Source: Chthonomonadales bacterium | Lineage (GTDB): Bacteria > Armatimonadota > Chthonomonadetes > Chthonomonadales > CAJBBX01 | Reading direction: 5' to 3' | Assembly: GCA_049967475.1 (NCBI GenBank) | Contig: JBMFSQ010000011.1 | Location: 47,848-111,847 of the forward strand | Length of the DNA: 64,000 nucleotides | Shown: piece after piece, positions 20,584 through 30,003 of the stretch | Numbering within the stretch: the stretch's first letter is position 1 | How the letters are laid out: each line of letters opens with the position of its first letter | Translations under genes and position numbers: made by a program | The notes under the pieces: model-generated | Told to the model about the DNA's origin: nothing | Databases searched by the model: none | What the model saw: only the letters and a program-made list of their open reading frames with translations

Positions 20584-22950
20584 TCAGCGCACGGGCGGCG
20601 TCAAGGGAATGGGGCCGCGGTCCTCGGGTTGATCGAAGAAGAGGGGCCCGATGTGGTAGTGGGCCAGGAAGAGCATCTGGGCAAATTGCTCCCGCGTAAC
20701 GGGCGCCTGGGGCCGGAAAAGCTTCCGGCCGTCGGGGCTGTAGCAGTTAAAGTCCCACAGCCCGCTGTCTATCCAGTGCGCATAGAGCGCTTCAGCGGCA
20801 TCGTAGTAGGGGCTGCCCGGACCTACATCGGCATAATGGGGCGCGGCTCCCGGGCGTAGAGGAGCCTGCGGCCGGTCATCCCACCCCATGAAGGAAGCCA
20901 GCATCCGAGCCGCTTCTCCACGGGTCAATATCCCTGAGCGCGCAGTGGAAGGAACGGGCGGGCCCGTCTCGCCGCAGGCGGCCCGGCGGTTCGCCATGAG
21001 TGCGAGCAGGCGTGCCGCTTCATGGTAGGTCATGGCTGCCTGAGGGCGGAATGGCGCTGCGTACATCCCGGATGAGGCAGTCCGGGGTTCCACGTGGGGG
21101 CAAGGGTAGAAGCCTCGCGCTGCCAGCCATTGAATGGGGAGGAAGCGGGGCTCTTCGGGCCGTACATCAGGGAAGTAGTACAGATAGGCCGCGACAGCGC
21201 ACGGACCCGGCGCGCCGATGCCATCCCTCGCGTTCACCCCGGCAGGGGCTATACGGCCTTTGAGAAGTTCCATCTGGATCTGCCGTACCGGCACCTCACG
21301 TGGCGCAAGGCCATATCGGCGGCAGAGCCAACAGGCAATACCCACAGCCTCCCCGAACTCCATGCGGATGGGTTCCAGGCGAAAGGTGCCGTATGCCACA
21401 TGCGTGGCGGACACCGCAGTAGGAACGAACAGATTGTCCACCCGCTGTGGGATCATCATTCCATAGGGTACCTGGTGCCACGGCGTCCATTGAGGAAGGT
21501 AGAACTCGCCTTCCCCCATGTCCGGCGTGGACCAGTTGGTCTTTGGCTCCACGGCGTGGGAATCCATGGGATAGTCGGCGATGCCGATGGCATCGGGGCG
21601 TGCCACCCATCGAGCATAGGCAACATCGTGCTCATCCAGAGTGATGTCCGCCTTGAAGCGGCGGGCCTCGCGGATATATAGGAGCTGGGGCCACCCGTCG
21701 CTATCGCGGTAATCATCCTCCGAGAGCCCAAGGTTCTTATGCCCCTCGACTGTCTGCAAATAGTAGAGATATCCCAGGTCGTGCCGGCGGTAGAGTTCTT
21801 CGATGCGGCGGCGCTGGGCATACGAAGCCGTGGGGTAGGGATAGTTCACAACCTGAAGGTCGCTCCCTTGGGGATGTTGGTTGATCTCGAATTTGTCGTT
21901 GGGAAGCCGTCCGCTGGACACCGCCCAGGTCTGTTCCCACTTGGGAGCATGCTCGTACTTGCGCGGGTCATACCCCGGGGGTTCGGGGATCGTCTTGTCC
22001 GAACCGGGCCCAAAGTCCTTCACCACCATGAGGTAAGCGTAAGCCTGAACGCGGCGGTCTCCCCGGCCTGTGCTTCCCGGCAACGCGGTGTCGGTCGCCC
22101 GATCATAGAAGATATAGCCGGCGTGGGGCTCTCTGAGGGATCGAGGCTCCCGGCCCACACGGAAGGGCGCCCCGGCCCATGCAGCCACATCGCCCGTGTC
22201 CGTGGCGTCTACCACTAGGCTTGGTTCGAATACAACCTTGCGCCCTCTGGGAACTTCTTCTGCGCGCACCTGAACGATGCGTCCGTGCGACACCTTAACC
22301 CCAGTCGGACGCAGTTCTCGGTAGACCAACGCCGGCGTGGCCCAGAGCAGCTCCTTCATGGCTTGTTGGGCCACCCTCGGTTCATAACGGAGGCCGTCTC
22401 CGCCATGGTAGAGCTTCACGATGGTTCGGCGAAACTCCTCGAAAAAGCCGCTGGAGTGCTCCTGCATCCTCAAATCGGTAGAACCCAAGCCGTTGGCCGG
22501 CATCCCGCCGATGCGGCGCGTCTCCTCGATCAGAACGGTCTTGAGCCCATACCTTGCTGCGGTTACCGCAGCCGCGACGCCCGCTGTGGTGGCACCCACA
22601 ACCAGCACATCACACCGCACCACAGGCTCTAGCACAGGATAGGAACGTTCTATATAGGCGTCGCTCACTGCCCGGTGTTGTTCGCCATCCACCGCCGTCA
22701 CCTGGTACCGATAGGTTGTGCCTGGGCGCACGGAATGGTCGTCATATTGCGTCGCGCCGCGGTCCACTCTGGCTAGAAGCGCGCCATCGCGCAGCACTTC
22801 ATAACCCGCTGCGCCGGACACTCCATTCCAATAGACACGGATCAGCCTTTCTCCCCTTGCTGCCGCCTCCACCGCAGTAGGCGCTTCCAGGGCACCACAG
22901 GGCGCCTGCATGAGCAGAAAAGCCGCTGGGATCCAACAGAATGCTTTCAT
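20584..22950 (-). CDS. secreted FAD-dependent oxidoreductase with N-terminal Fn3-like domain and C-terminal SLH repeats
   Basis: Signal MKAFCWIPAAFLLMQAPCGA. Dinucleotide fold VLVVGATTAGVAAAVTAARYGLKTVLIEE. Three SLH-like repeats near 20587-21160 (MTYHEAARLLALM, LTRGEAARMLASF, YADV..YYDAAEALYAHWI..VTREQFAQMLF). Confidence 0.7.
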   Translation of the reverse strand: MKAFCWIPAAFLLMQAPCGALEAPTAVEAAARGERLIRVYWNGVSGAAGYEVLRDGALLARVDRGATQYDDHSVRPGTTYRYQVTAVDGEQHRAVSDAYIERSYPVLEPVVRCDVLVVGATTAGVAAAVTAARYGLKTVLIEETRRIGGMPANGLGSTDLRMQEHSSGFFEEFRRTIVKLYHGGDGLRYEPRVAQQAMKELLWATPALVYRELRPTGVKVSHGRIVQVRAEEVPRGRKVVFEPSLVVDATDTGDVAAWAGAPFRVGREPRSLREPHAGYIFYDRATDTALPGSTGRGDRRVQAYAYLMVVKDFGPGSDKTIPEPPGYDPRKYEHAPKWEQTWAVSSGRLPNDKFEINQHPQGSDLQVVNYPYPTASYAQRRRIEELYRRHDLGYLYYLQTVEGHKNLGLSEDDYRDSDGWPQLLYIREARRFKADITLDEHDVAYARWVARPDAIGIADYPMDSHAVEPKTNWSTPDMGEGEFYLPQWTPWHQVPYGMMIPQRVDNLFVPTAVSATHVAYGTFRLEPIRMEFGEAVGIACWLCRRYGLAPREVPVRQIQMELLKGRIAPAGVNARDGIGAPGPCAVAAYLYYFPDVRPEEPRFLPIQWLAARGFYPCPHVEPRTASSGMYAAPFRPQAAMTYHEAARLLALMANRRAACGETGPPVPSTARSGILTRGEAARMLASFMGWDDRPQAPLRPGAAPHYADVGPGSPYYDAAEALYAHWIDSGLWDFNCYSPDGRKLFRPQAPVTREQFAQMLFLAHYHIGPLFFDQPEDRGPIPLTPPVR

Positions 22951-22980
22951 CCGTCACCCCGCCTCACCTGAATTAGGCAT

Positions 22981-23463
22981 TTAGATGTCGTCCTCCGAAG
23001 GTTGAGCCGTGAACCGGCAGCGCAGAACCGCACCCATCAATTCTGCCGGCCTCCACATGACGCCCGGGCAGAAGAAGAGCGCATCGCCCGAATTGAGCGT
23101 CACCCGTACCCAGGTCTCTGGTATGCCTCCTGCACCGGAAGACAACGAGAAATCGAGATGCGACCCAGGGACGAGCTCGATCCTGTATTCCCCTTCGAGC
23201 ACCACGTCCGCCCAAAGGCTCCGGCAGTTTTGTGCGGAGTAGGCCCGCGGATCCCGCAGAACTTCCCGGCCGGCGGCCCTTCCACCAAGATCCGCCACAC
23301 GCGTCTCACGGCAGAACTCGGCAGACAGGCAGGAACCGAGCAAGTCGTCGGCTATGGTGCGCACCAACCTCTCCATTGCGGAGGCGTCCAGTTCGATGCG
23401 CCTGCGCACGAAGTAACCGGCCCGTTCGAACAGATTGAGCTCGAGGCCCGTTGCTTCCCTCAT
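22981..23463 (-). CDS. hypothetical protein (possible degenerate PhyH/cupin-like remnant)
   Basis: ORF between the sulfatase and FAD-SLH genes on the same strand. LFERAGYFVRRRI and SGDALFFCPG weakly echo the intact PhyH gene at 61011. No HxD motif. Confidence 0.4.
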   Translation of the reverse strand: MREATGLELNLFERAGYFVRRRIELDASAMERLVRTIADDLLGSCLSAEFCRETRVADLGGRAAGREVLRDPRAYSAQNCRSLWADVVLEGEYRIELVPGSHLDFSLSSGAGGIPETWVRVTLNSGDALFFCPGVMWRPAELMGAVLRCRFTAQPSEDDI

Positions 23464-23489
23464 TTCGTTGCCATTACGGATTGCCTAGG

Positions 23490-24929
23490 TCAATCTGTGT
23501 AGGGCACCGTCCCCGTTGCGTCTACGCGGTACCCCCACTTGCGGATATACTCGCCGGCTGGAAGGAACATGTCTCCAGTCTGCCTGAGCTTCTTTCTCAG
23601 AACCTGTTCCAGCCTGGCCTGGATGCGGGCCGCCTCGGGCGTATTCACCAGATTGTGCATCTGGTACGGATCCTTCACATTGTCGAAGAGCAGCCACGGG
23701 CCGTTCAGATCCCGCGCATAGGTATAACGTCTGGTGCGGATTGCTCGGTATTCCCGGCCGCCGTGGGCGCGGTCCCACTGCCCGAACGGGGCCGGGCACG
23801 AGATGAGCGCGGCTCCATCGGACGGGTCCGGGCCGCCTGTGAGATACCGGGAGTAATCCGTGCCTTCTACGGACGGCGGAACCGGGATGTGGCAGAGGCC
23901 CAGCAGCGTGGGAAGGATGTCCTCCGTTTGCATAGGAGCGGATAGACATAGCGCCTTGCGGCCCAGCCTCACCGGCCAATGGACCAGGAGCGGCACCCGG
24001 GCAGATTCCTCCCAGGGCTGCTGCTTCTTCTGGCTCCCATGCGAGTAGAGCATATCCCCGTGATCCGACGTGAAGATCAAGAGCACATCTTCTTCGATGC
24101 CCGCCTCCTTGCAGGCATCCCAAAGCCTACCGAAGCACTCGTCCAGAGCCGTACAGTGGGCATAATACCCTGCCAGATCCCGGCGTGCGGCTTCCTCATC
24201 CTGTGCTGGAACGTTTGGGCGAAGATGCAGCCGCTTGGGATCGTAAAGTGCGCGGAAGCGCGGGGGCGCCGTACCGTAGGGCTCGTGGGGCGGTCCCCAC
24301 GAAAGGACCAAAAGGAATGGAGCTCGCCCCCTGGCCCTCGATTGGATCAGCCGCACAGCATCGTCCGTTTGCGCCTCGGCATCGTAACCGGGCCACCAGC
24401 GCTTTACCGGTTCATCGGCATAGTAGGCCGAATGATTGTAATCGTGGGTACATTCCAAGGCTTTCCAGTAGCGGAAGCCCTGCCGCCGCTCTGCGGGGAT
24501 GAACGCCGAGCGCCCGTGGCCATCCACATGCCACTTGCCGATGTAGGCTGTGTAGTAACCCGCCCGGGCGAAGATCTTCGCCATGCTCTCTTCAGCAGGG
24601 TTCAGGGGGACGTCATTCATGAAGACGCCATGGGAAAGAGCCCTTCGCCCCGTTAGCAAAGAAGCCCTGGCCGGGCAGCAAACCGGTACGGTGGATACGG
24701 CGTTTGCCATTTGGACGCTCTCACGCGCAAAGCGATCCAGGTTCGGGGTCCTTACGTCCTTGTTGCCTGCGAAGCCGAAAGCCTCCTGCCTCCACTGGTC
24801 GGCCATGACGAGGATAACGGAAGGAGGTCTGCCAGACCGCGAGAGAGGCTCGTCCGGGGCAGCCGCAATCGGCCCCGCAGAAGCCAAGGCGGAGGCAAGG
24901 GTGAGGGCAGCAGCGTTCACGATGCGCAT
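23490..24929 (-). CDS. sulfatase (formylglycine-dependent), secreted
   Basis: Signal peptide, then [12 protein letters not shown] (CxPxR) and SDHGDM motifs. Confidence 0.9.
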   Translation of the reverse strand: MRIVNAAALTLASALASAGPIAAAPDEPLSRSGRPPSVILVMADQWRQEAFGFAGNKDVRTPNLDRFARESVQMANAVSTVPVCCPARASLLTGRRALSHGVFMNDVPLNPAEESMAKIFARAGYYTAYIGKWHVDGHGRSAFIPAERRQGFRYWKALECTHDYNHSAYYADEPVKRWWPGYDAEAQTDDAVRLIQSRARGRAPFLLVLSWGPPHEPYGTAPPRFRALYDPKRLHLRPNVPAQDEEAARRDLAGYYAHCTALDECFGRLWDACKEAGIEEDVLLIFTSDHGDMLYSHGSQKKQQPWEESARVPLLVHWPVRLGRKALCLSAPMQTEDILPTLLGLCHIPVPPSVEGTDYSRYLTGGPDPSDGAALISCPAPFGQWDRAHGGREYRAIRTRRYTYARDLNGPWLLFDNVKDPYQMHNLVNTPEAARIQARLEQVLRKKLRQTGDMFLPAGEYIRKWGYRVDATGTVPYTD

Positions 24930-25077
24930 CCTCCCGAGAAATGGGTCGGCATGTCAGTTCAACGAAGTTCCTCGTGATCCCTGTTTCTACCGAGGAGATG
25001 CTACCCCCCAGGCCGAATATAGAACGGCGGGTTTCAAGCCCGGGCATCACATTTTCGAGAAGGACACCTACCCCACG

Positions 25078-26184
25078 ATGACATTGGAAAAGGTACGCAT
25101 CGGGTGCATCGGCGTCGGCCAGATTGCCAAGCACCACCTGGAACAGTACAGCCGCATCGAAGGCGCCGAAGTGGTGGCGGCAGCGGATATCAACGAACAA
25201 GAGCTTCACGCTGTAGCGGACCGCTTCAACATTCCGCACCGATATACCGATTTCCGCGAGCTCCTCAAGCGCGACGATATCCAAAGCGTGGATGTATGCC
25301 TCCATAACAACCTCCACGCACCCGTTACCATCGCAGCTCTCGAAGCCGGAAAGAACGTCTATTGCGAGAAGCCCATGGCAGGAGCCTACCGGGACGCACT
25401 GGCCATGTACCGGGCCGCCAAAGACACGGGCCGGATGCTCTCCATTCAGCTTTCCACCCTCTTCTCCAAAGAGACCAAAATGGCCAAGAAGCTCATTGAC
25501 GACGGCCACCTGGGCAGGATCTATCACGCTCGTTCCACGGGGTTTCGGCGCCGCGGCCGCCCGTACGTGGATGGGTACGGCACCGCATCGTTCGTCAAGA
25601 AGGAGATTGCTGCCGGGGGAGCCCTCTACGACATGGGTGTGTACCACATCGCGCGCATCCTCTACCTGTTGGGCCTGCCCAAGGTGGAGCGCATCAGCGG
25701 AAAGACCTATCAGGAAACAGGCATGGACGAGGCGCGCCGATCCGCCAGCGGCTACAACGTAGAGGAATTGGGCCTCGGCTTCGTCAAGCTGGAGCAAGGC
25801 ATCACAGTGGACATCATCGAAGCGTGGGCCATGCACCTGGGAGGTTTGGAAGGCTCTTCCATCCTTGGCTCCAAAGGCGGCATCCGGCTGGAACCTTTCA
25901 GCTTCCACACCACGCTCAGCGACATCGAGATGAACGCCACATTTGAGGTGGACCAAACGGACTGGCGATGGCACCAATTGGATCCGACGCAGGCTGCCTA
26001 CGACTCGCCTCAACACCACTGGATTGCAGCTCAGCAGGGAAGGGTGCCGCTTCTACCCACAGCCGAGGCAGCGTTGGCCACGATGCTCGTGTCCGAGGGG
26101 ATCTATCTGTCGGACCGGCTGGGCCGCGAAGTGACCGCCGATGAGGTCGAAGCCATGTCCCAAAGTACTGCCATGAAAGTTTAA
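25078..26184 (+). CDS. Gfo/Idh/MocA-family oxidoreductase
   Basis: [13 protein letters not shown] Rossmann N-terminus and VYCEKPMA motif. Start at ATG 25078; the longer ORF from 24583 is antisense to the sulfatase. Confidence 0.85.
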   Translation: MTLEKVRIGCIGVGQIAKHHLEQYSRIEGAEVVAAADINEQELHAVADRFNIPHRYTDFRELLKRDDIQSVDVCLHNNLHAPVTIAALEAGKNVYCEKPMAGAYRDALAMYRAAKDTGRMLSIQLSTLFSKETKMAKKLIDDGHLGRIYHARSTGFRRRGRPYVDGYGTASFVKKEIAAGGALYDMGVYHIARILYLLGLPKVERISGKTYQETGMDEARRSASGYNVEELGLGFVKLEQGITVDIIEAWAMHLGGLEGSSILGSKGGIRLEPFSFHTTLSDIEMNATFEVDQTDWRWHQLDPTQAAYDSPQHHWIAAQQGRVPLLPTAEAALATMLVSEGIYLSDRLGREVTADEVEAMSQSTAMKV

Positions 26185-26774
26185 CCTTCTGCACGGCACA
26201 TCGGGCACAGGTCGCCCTGGAGGGGATGCAGACGGCCACACCGGGCGCATCTCCTCCATCCATGGGCTTCCCTCCAGATGCGCAGCCGCACTTCCCGCTC
26301 CAAGCGCGCCCGCACAGCTAGGCGAATGCGAGCATCGGATATCGCCGCCAAGTCGCGCTCCTGCGCGCGCAGCCACGCCGCATCCGCCGCCGAGATCTGG
26401 ATTGCAGCCAATTCCTCCTCGGTCGGCGATAAGTGTGTCTGTTCGTCCGCCGCCCGGCGAACTCCCTTCGCGCGAAATACAATATTGCGGATCACGGGGG
26501 CCCCGATGCGCGCGTTGAGGCGAGCAATGATGGCAGCCTTGTAGAATGCCAGTTCCTGCGAATGGGTAGCGCTCTTCGTATTCACAAAAAGCACGCCATC
26601 GCGCACCTCCACAGCCTCCGATGCCGCGGCCATCTGGGACCCAGCCACTTCCGCCCAATACGCAAGAGCCATGCTCTCACGTACGCGGGTGGAACTGTCC
26701 ATTCCTTCCAGCAGCCTCTCCAGCGTACTCCGCAATGAATTCGTTTGCGCTTTCCGCATGAACAAAGCCCTCAT
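26181..26774 (-). CDS. DUF721-family protein with C-terminal zinc ribbon
   Basis: LAYWAEVAG...[21 protein letters not shown] pattern typical of the DUF721 gene that follows recF. CARCG..CPMC ribbon at the C-terminus. ATG 26774 overlaps the recF stop by 4 nt. Confidence 0.7.
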   Translation of the reverse strand: MRALFMRKAQTNSLRSTLERLLEGMDSSTRVRESMALAYWAEVAGSQMAAASEAVEVRDGVLFVNTKSATHSQELAFYKAAIIARLNARIGAPVIRNIVFRAKGVRRAADEQTHLSPTEEELAAIQISAADAAWLRAQERDLAAISDARIRLAVRARLEREVRLRIWREAHGWRRCARCGRLHPLQGDLCPMCRAEG

Positions 26775-27901
26775 TCGCTTTGGTGACGACAGCAAAGATG
26801 AACTTCGCCTGCCTCCACCTGCCAAATTGCCGCGTCCGCCACGACGTCTCCAGGCAATGCATCCGTAGATGTGCAGGTAAGAAAAACCTGGCACCGGCGC
26901 ATAACCCAGTCCATCAGGTGCAGGCGCCGCTTCTCGTCCAACTCGCTCAGTACGTCATCCAAAAGAACGACCGGCGCCTCCTTGAGGGCCTCCCGCATCA
27001 TCTGAAACTGGGCAAGTTTGAGGCTCAGCGTGGCGGTGCGCTGTTGGCCGTTGGACGCGTACTGCCGGGCATCCCATCCGTTGATGGTTATCGCAAGATC
27101 GTCCCGCTGGGGACCCGTCAGCGTCTGGCCGCGGTGTCGCTCGGCTAGCGCGGTTCTGCGAAGCTCCTCGCGGAAGGCCTGGCGGATCTGCGCTTCATCC
27201 CCGTCGGCAGCGATCCCTGAAAGGTACTTCACCTCCAGGATCTCGCCATCCTCCGTGAGCTCCGCGTGGATCCTGCGCGCGATGGGCGCAAGCTGTTGGA
27301 TGAAAAAGCGCCGCTTCTGAATGAGCGGAGCCCCGTGCTGCACCAATTGGTCATTCCAGGCTTCGAGGACGCTCGCCAGTTCCGGCCGCTCAGGCAGGTC
27401 TCGAAGGATACGGTTCCGCTGTTCCAGGGCCTTTTTATATTGGGCAAACTCATGAAGATACCGTGGGCTCATCTGGCTGATCTCAACGTTTAGGAACCTC
27501 CGCCGGTCCGACGGTTCCCCCGACACGATTGCCAAGTCCTGGCCAAAAAACGTTACCGCGTTTAGGTTTCCGAGAAGCTCTAAGACCCTGGGTCTGGCAG
27601 AACCGTTGATGCGCACGCGCTTTGTATCCGTAGGCAAAAGGATCAACTCCAGCGTAACGTCGGGACTGTTCTCTTTGGCTACCTCGGCGCGGATCTGGGC
27701 ACTCTCTGCTCCATGCCGGATGGCTTCGGCGTCACGGCTGCCGCGGAAGGAGCGCGTAGTAGCCAACAGATATACGGCTTCCAAGAGGTTGGTCTTACCC
27801 TGGGCGTTCTTGCCCGCAAGCACATTGATCCCGGCGCAGGGCTCCATGACCAAGTGCGTGTAATTGCGGAAGTTTTGGAGTTGGAGCTGCTTCAGTTGCA
27901 T
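26771..27901 (-). CDS. recF: DNA replication and repair protein RecF
   Basis: MQLKQLQLQNFRNY N-terminus, Walker A GKNAQGKTNLLEA, Walker B VVLLDDVLSELD. Confidence 0.92.
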   Translation of the reverse strand: MQLKQLQLQNFRNYTHLVMEPCAGINVLAGKNAQGKTNLLEAVYLLATTRSFRGSRDAEAIRHGAESAQIRAEVAKENSPDVTLELILLPTDTKRVRINGSARPRVLELLGNLNAVTFFGQDLAIVSGEPSDRRRFLNVEISQMSPRYLHEFAQYKKALEQRNRILRDLPERPELASVLEAWNDQLVQHGAPLIQKRRFFIQQLAPIARRIHAELTEDGEILEVKYLSGIAADGDEAQIRQAFREELRRTALAERHRGQTLTGPQRDDLAITINGWDARQYASNGQQRTATLSLKLAQFQMMREALKEAPVVLLDDVLSELDEKRRLHLMDWVMRRCQVFLTCTSTDALPGDVVADAAIWQVEAGEVHLCCRHQSE

Positions 27902-27934
27902 TCGATGTGCCGGCAAGACTTAGGGTCCCGCGCA

Positions 27935-28229
27935 TTGCGCACAGCACCACATCATAACCCTAAGCATACTACTTATAGGATGGTGGTTATTGTACTGCGC
28001 CTAATGTGCGCAACGGGCTTTCCTCCCCATAGCCGCCCATGATTGGGACACTCTGGAGATATCAGCAGTTATCATTTTCCTACGGCAATAGGTGTTCGGG
28101 CAGGGAGGAAGCATACCCCCCTTTTTGTGCGCAACCGGTGGGTAGAGCGCAAACTGGCAGGCATATCGGGCAGCCTTTTGCCGTTGCGCCCAGGGAATGC
28201 ACGGGTTATGCACAGAAAGGTGTGCATAA
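27935..28229. other. candidate replication origin (oriC): cluster of DnaA-box-like 9-mers plus AT-rich patch
   Basis: TTGCGCACA at 27935-27943. Its exact complement TGTGCGCAA at 28005-28013 and 28126-28134. TTGCGCCCA at 28184-28192. TTATGCACA at 28206-28214 and TGTGCATAA at 28221-28229. AT-rich stretch around 27950-28000. The region lies between dnaA and recF. Confidence 0.5.
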
Positions 28230-28243
28230 GGTCGCCCGGCCGG

Positions 28244-29695
28244 TCATCGTTCCAGCCGTTCGCGGATGCGGGCCAGATCCTCGCGGAGCTTCGCATCTCT
28301 CCGGAGGGCCTCTTCGATCCTGGCGATGCCGCGCTGGACGGTAGTATGGTCTCTGCCGCCCAGGGCCTCGCCGATGTGCGCGAGGGACGCCCCTATGATC
28401 TCGCGGCACAAGAACATCGCCATATGCCGAGCCGAAGCGGTCGCCTCGTCGCGCCTTCTCCCTCGCAGCACGTCGGTGTTGGTTCCAAAGTGCTGGGCCA
28501 CGGCAGCGAGGATCGTCTCCATAGAGATGCCCTTGTGCATTCTTCCCGGCACAGGCTTTTCGATGAGGTAGTCGGCCAGAACGCTTTGGGCTACATCTAC
28601 GGAGATGGGCGCCCGCATGATGGAAGAGTAGGCGATCAGGCGGGTGAGGGCACCTTCCAATGCGCGAATGTTGGAGCAAATGGAGGCAGCTATGAAGTAG
28701 ATCACTTCGTCGGGGACCTGCCAACCCTCCGAAGCACATCGGGAGCTCAATATGGCCATGCGGGTTTCCAATTCCGGAGGCGCAATGTCCGCCGTCAGGC
28801 CGCATTCGAAGCGCGAGATAAGGCGGTCGTCCATGGAACGCAGTTCGCGCGGGCAGCGGTCGCTGGAGATAACGATCTGTCTGCCGGATTGATAGAGGGC
28901 GTTGAAGGTGTGAAAGAACTCTTCCCGCGTTTGGGCGGCACCTGCCAGAAACTGCACGTCGTCTATGAGCCAAACGTCCACATTGCGCGTGTAGCGGCGG
29001 AACTCCTCGGCGCGCCGCTCGCGGAGGGCAGACACGTAATGGTACGTGAAGTTCTCGCCGTCCACATACGCCACGGCCAGGTCGGGATAGGAATGGCGGA
29101 GGGCGTGGGCGATCGCCTGGAGGAGGTGCGTCTTGCCCAATCCCGGGCCGCCGTAGATGAAAAGCGGGTTGTAGACCTGGCCGGGCGAGGCCGCTACCGC
29201 CTGGGCTGCGGCTTCTGCAAGCTGGTTGTTCCGGCCCACAACGAAGGTGTCGAACGTGTAGCGCTCGCTGAGCGGCAGGGAGATATCCAGGTGAGGCAGC
29301 TTCGGGCGGGGACGGGGCTTGTTTTGCTGCTGAGGAGCCGGCGCCGGCGAAGGAGCCGCGTCATCCTGCAAGAGAGGCGTGCTGTTCTGAAGCCGAGACC
29401 GATCTTCAGCACTGAGGACGCGCAGGTGGAGTACTACGGATTGCTCTAGGGCAGCCTCGAGCGCTGCGGTGATTGCCGTGGCATATCTCTTTTGGAGCCA
29501 TTCGCGGGCGAACGGGTTTGCTACGCCTAGGACTACGTCTGCAGCGTCCAGGGACACAGGAACGATCGGCCGGATGTAGCTTTCGTAGGTAACCTTATTG
29601 ATGCGCATGGCAAGCGTTTGAAGACATCGCTCCCAGGCGCGCCGCAGCCGTACGAGCTGTTCATCGTCGCCGAGTTGCAACTGGTCGCCGGGCAT
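28244..29695 (-). CDS. dnaA: chromosomal replication initiator protein DnaA
   Basis: Walker A GGPGLGKTHLLQAI, Walker B VWLIDDVQFL, C-terminal DNA-binding helix region HIGEALGGRDHTTVQRGIARI. Confidence 0.97.
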   Translation of the reverse strand: MPGDQLQLGDDEQLVRLRRAWERCLQTLAMRINKVTYESYIRPIVPVSLDAADVVLGVANPFAREWLQKRYATAITAALEAALEQSVVLHLRVLSAEDRSRLQNSTPLLQDDAAPSPAPAPQQQNKPRPRPKLPHLDISLPLSERYTFDTFVVGRNNQLAEAAAQAVAASPGQVYNPLFIYGGPGLGKTHLLQAIAHALRHSYPDLAVAYVDGENFTYHYVSALRERRAEEFRRYTRNVDVWLIDDVQFLAGAAQTREEFFHTFNALYQSGRQIVISSDRCPRELRSMDDRLISRFECGLTADIAPPELETRMAILSSRCASEGWQVPDEVIYFIAASICSNIRALEGALTRLIAYSSIMRAPISVDVAQSVLADYLIEKPVPGRMHKGISMETILAAVAQHFGTNTDVLRGRRRDEATASARHMAMFLCREIIGASLAHIGEALGGRDHTTVQRGIARIEEALRRDAKLREDLARIRERLER

Positions 29696-29738
29696 TGAGG
29701 GTTACCTCGAAGGGGGTGGTACCGGGTGACGCGGCACC

Positions 29739-29767
29739 ATTATAGCAGACCGCCTGTGCCGTTACAA
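29739..29767 (-). promoter_or_regulatory. sigma70-type promoter of dnaA (extended -10)
   Basis: Minus strand TTGTAA (29767-29762), 17-nt spacer ending in TGC, TATAAT (29744-29739). Confidence 0.55.
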
Positions 29768-29939
29768 GGGGTTTTTGCCTCCATGGTACAACATGTTGTG
29801 GCGCCTAAGTGCGCCATGCCAATATATAGCGTTTAGCCGCAAATAAGGGACAGGGTGTGGCAGCTAATTGGAAAAACCTCCAAGGTTCCAGTCCCGTCCT
29901 ATGCAGGCTTTCGGCAGGCAGCCGCCTTCGTCCTTGCGC

Positions 29940-29969
29940 TTGACAGGAACGGCTTCGCCGGGATATAGT
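29940..29969 (+). promoter_or_regulatory. sigma70-type promoter of LCP-family gene
   Basis: TTGACA (29940-29945), 18-nt spacer, TATAGT (29964-29969). Confidence 0.5.
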
Positions 29970-30003
29970 ACGCGCGGAGTAGGCATTCGCCGGGAAGGGT
30001 GCA

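Noticed and set aside
24583-25077. N-terminal 165-aa extension of the oxidoreductase ORF
   Set aside because: It overlaps the sulfatase gene in antisense. The Rossmann N-terminus begins at ATG 25078.
24721-26019. 432-aa minus-strand ORF
   Set aside because: Antisense to the Gfo/Idh/MocA oxidoreductase.
28206-28229. Inverted repeat TTATGCACA-N6-TGTGCATAA read as the dnaA intrinsic terminator
   Set aside because: A hairpin is possible, but no U-tract follows on the minus strand, and both arms fit the DnaA-box consensus. I kept it as part of the DnaA-box cluster. A dual role cannot be excluded.
28043-29449. 468-aa plus-strand ORF
   Set aside because: Antisense to dnaA. No motifs. A shadow ORF.
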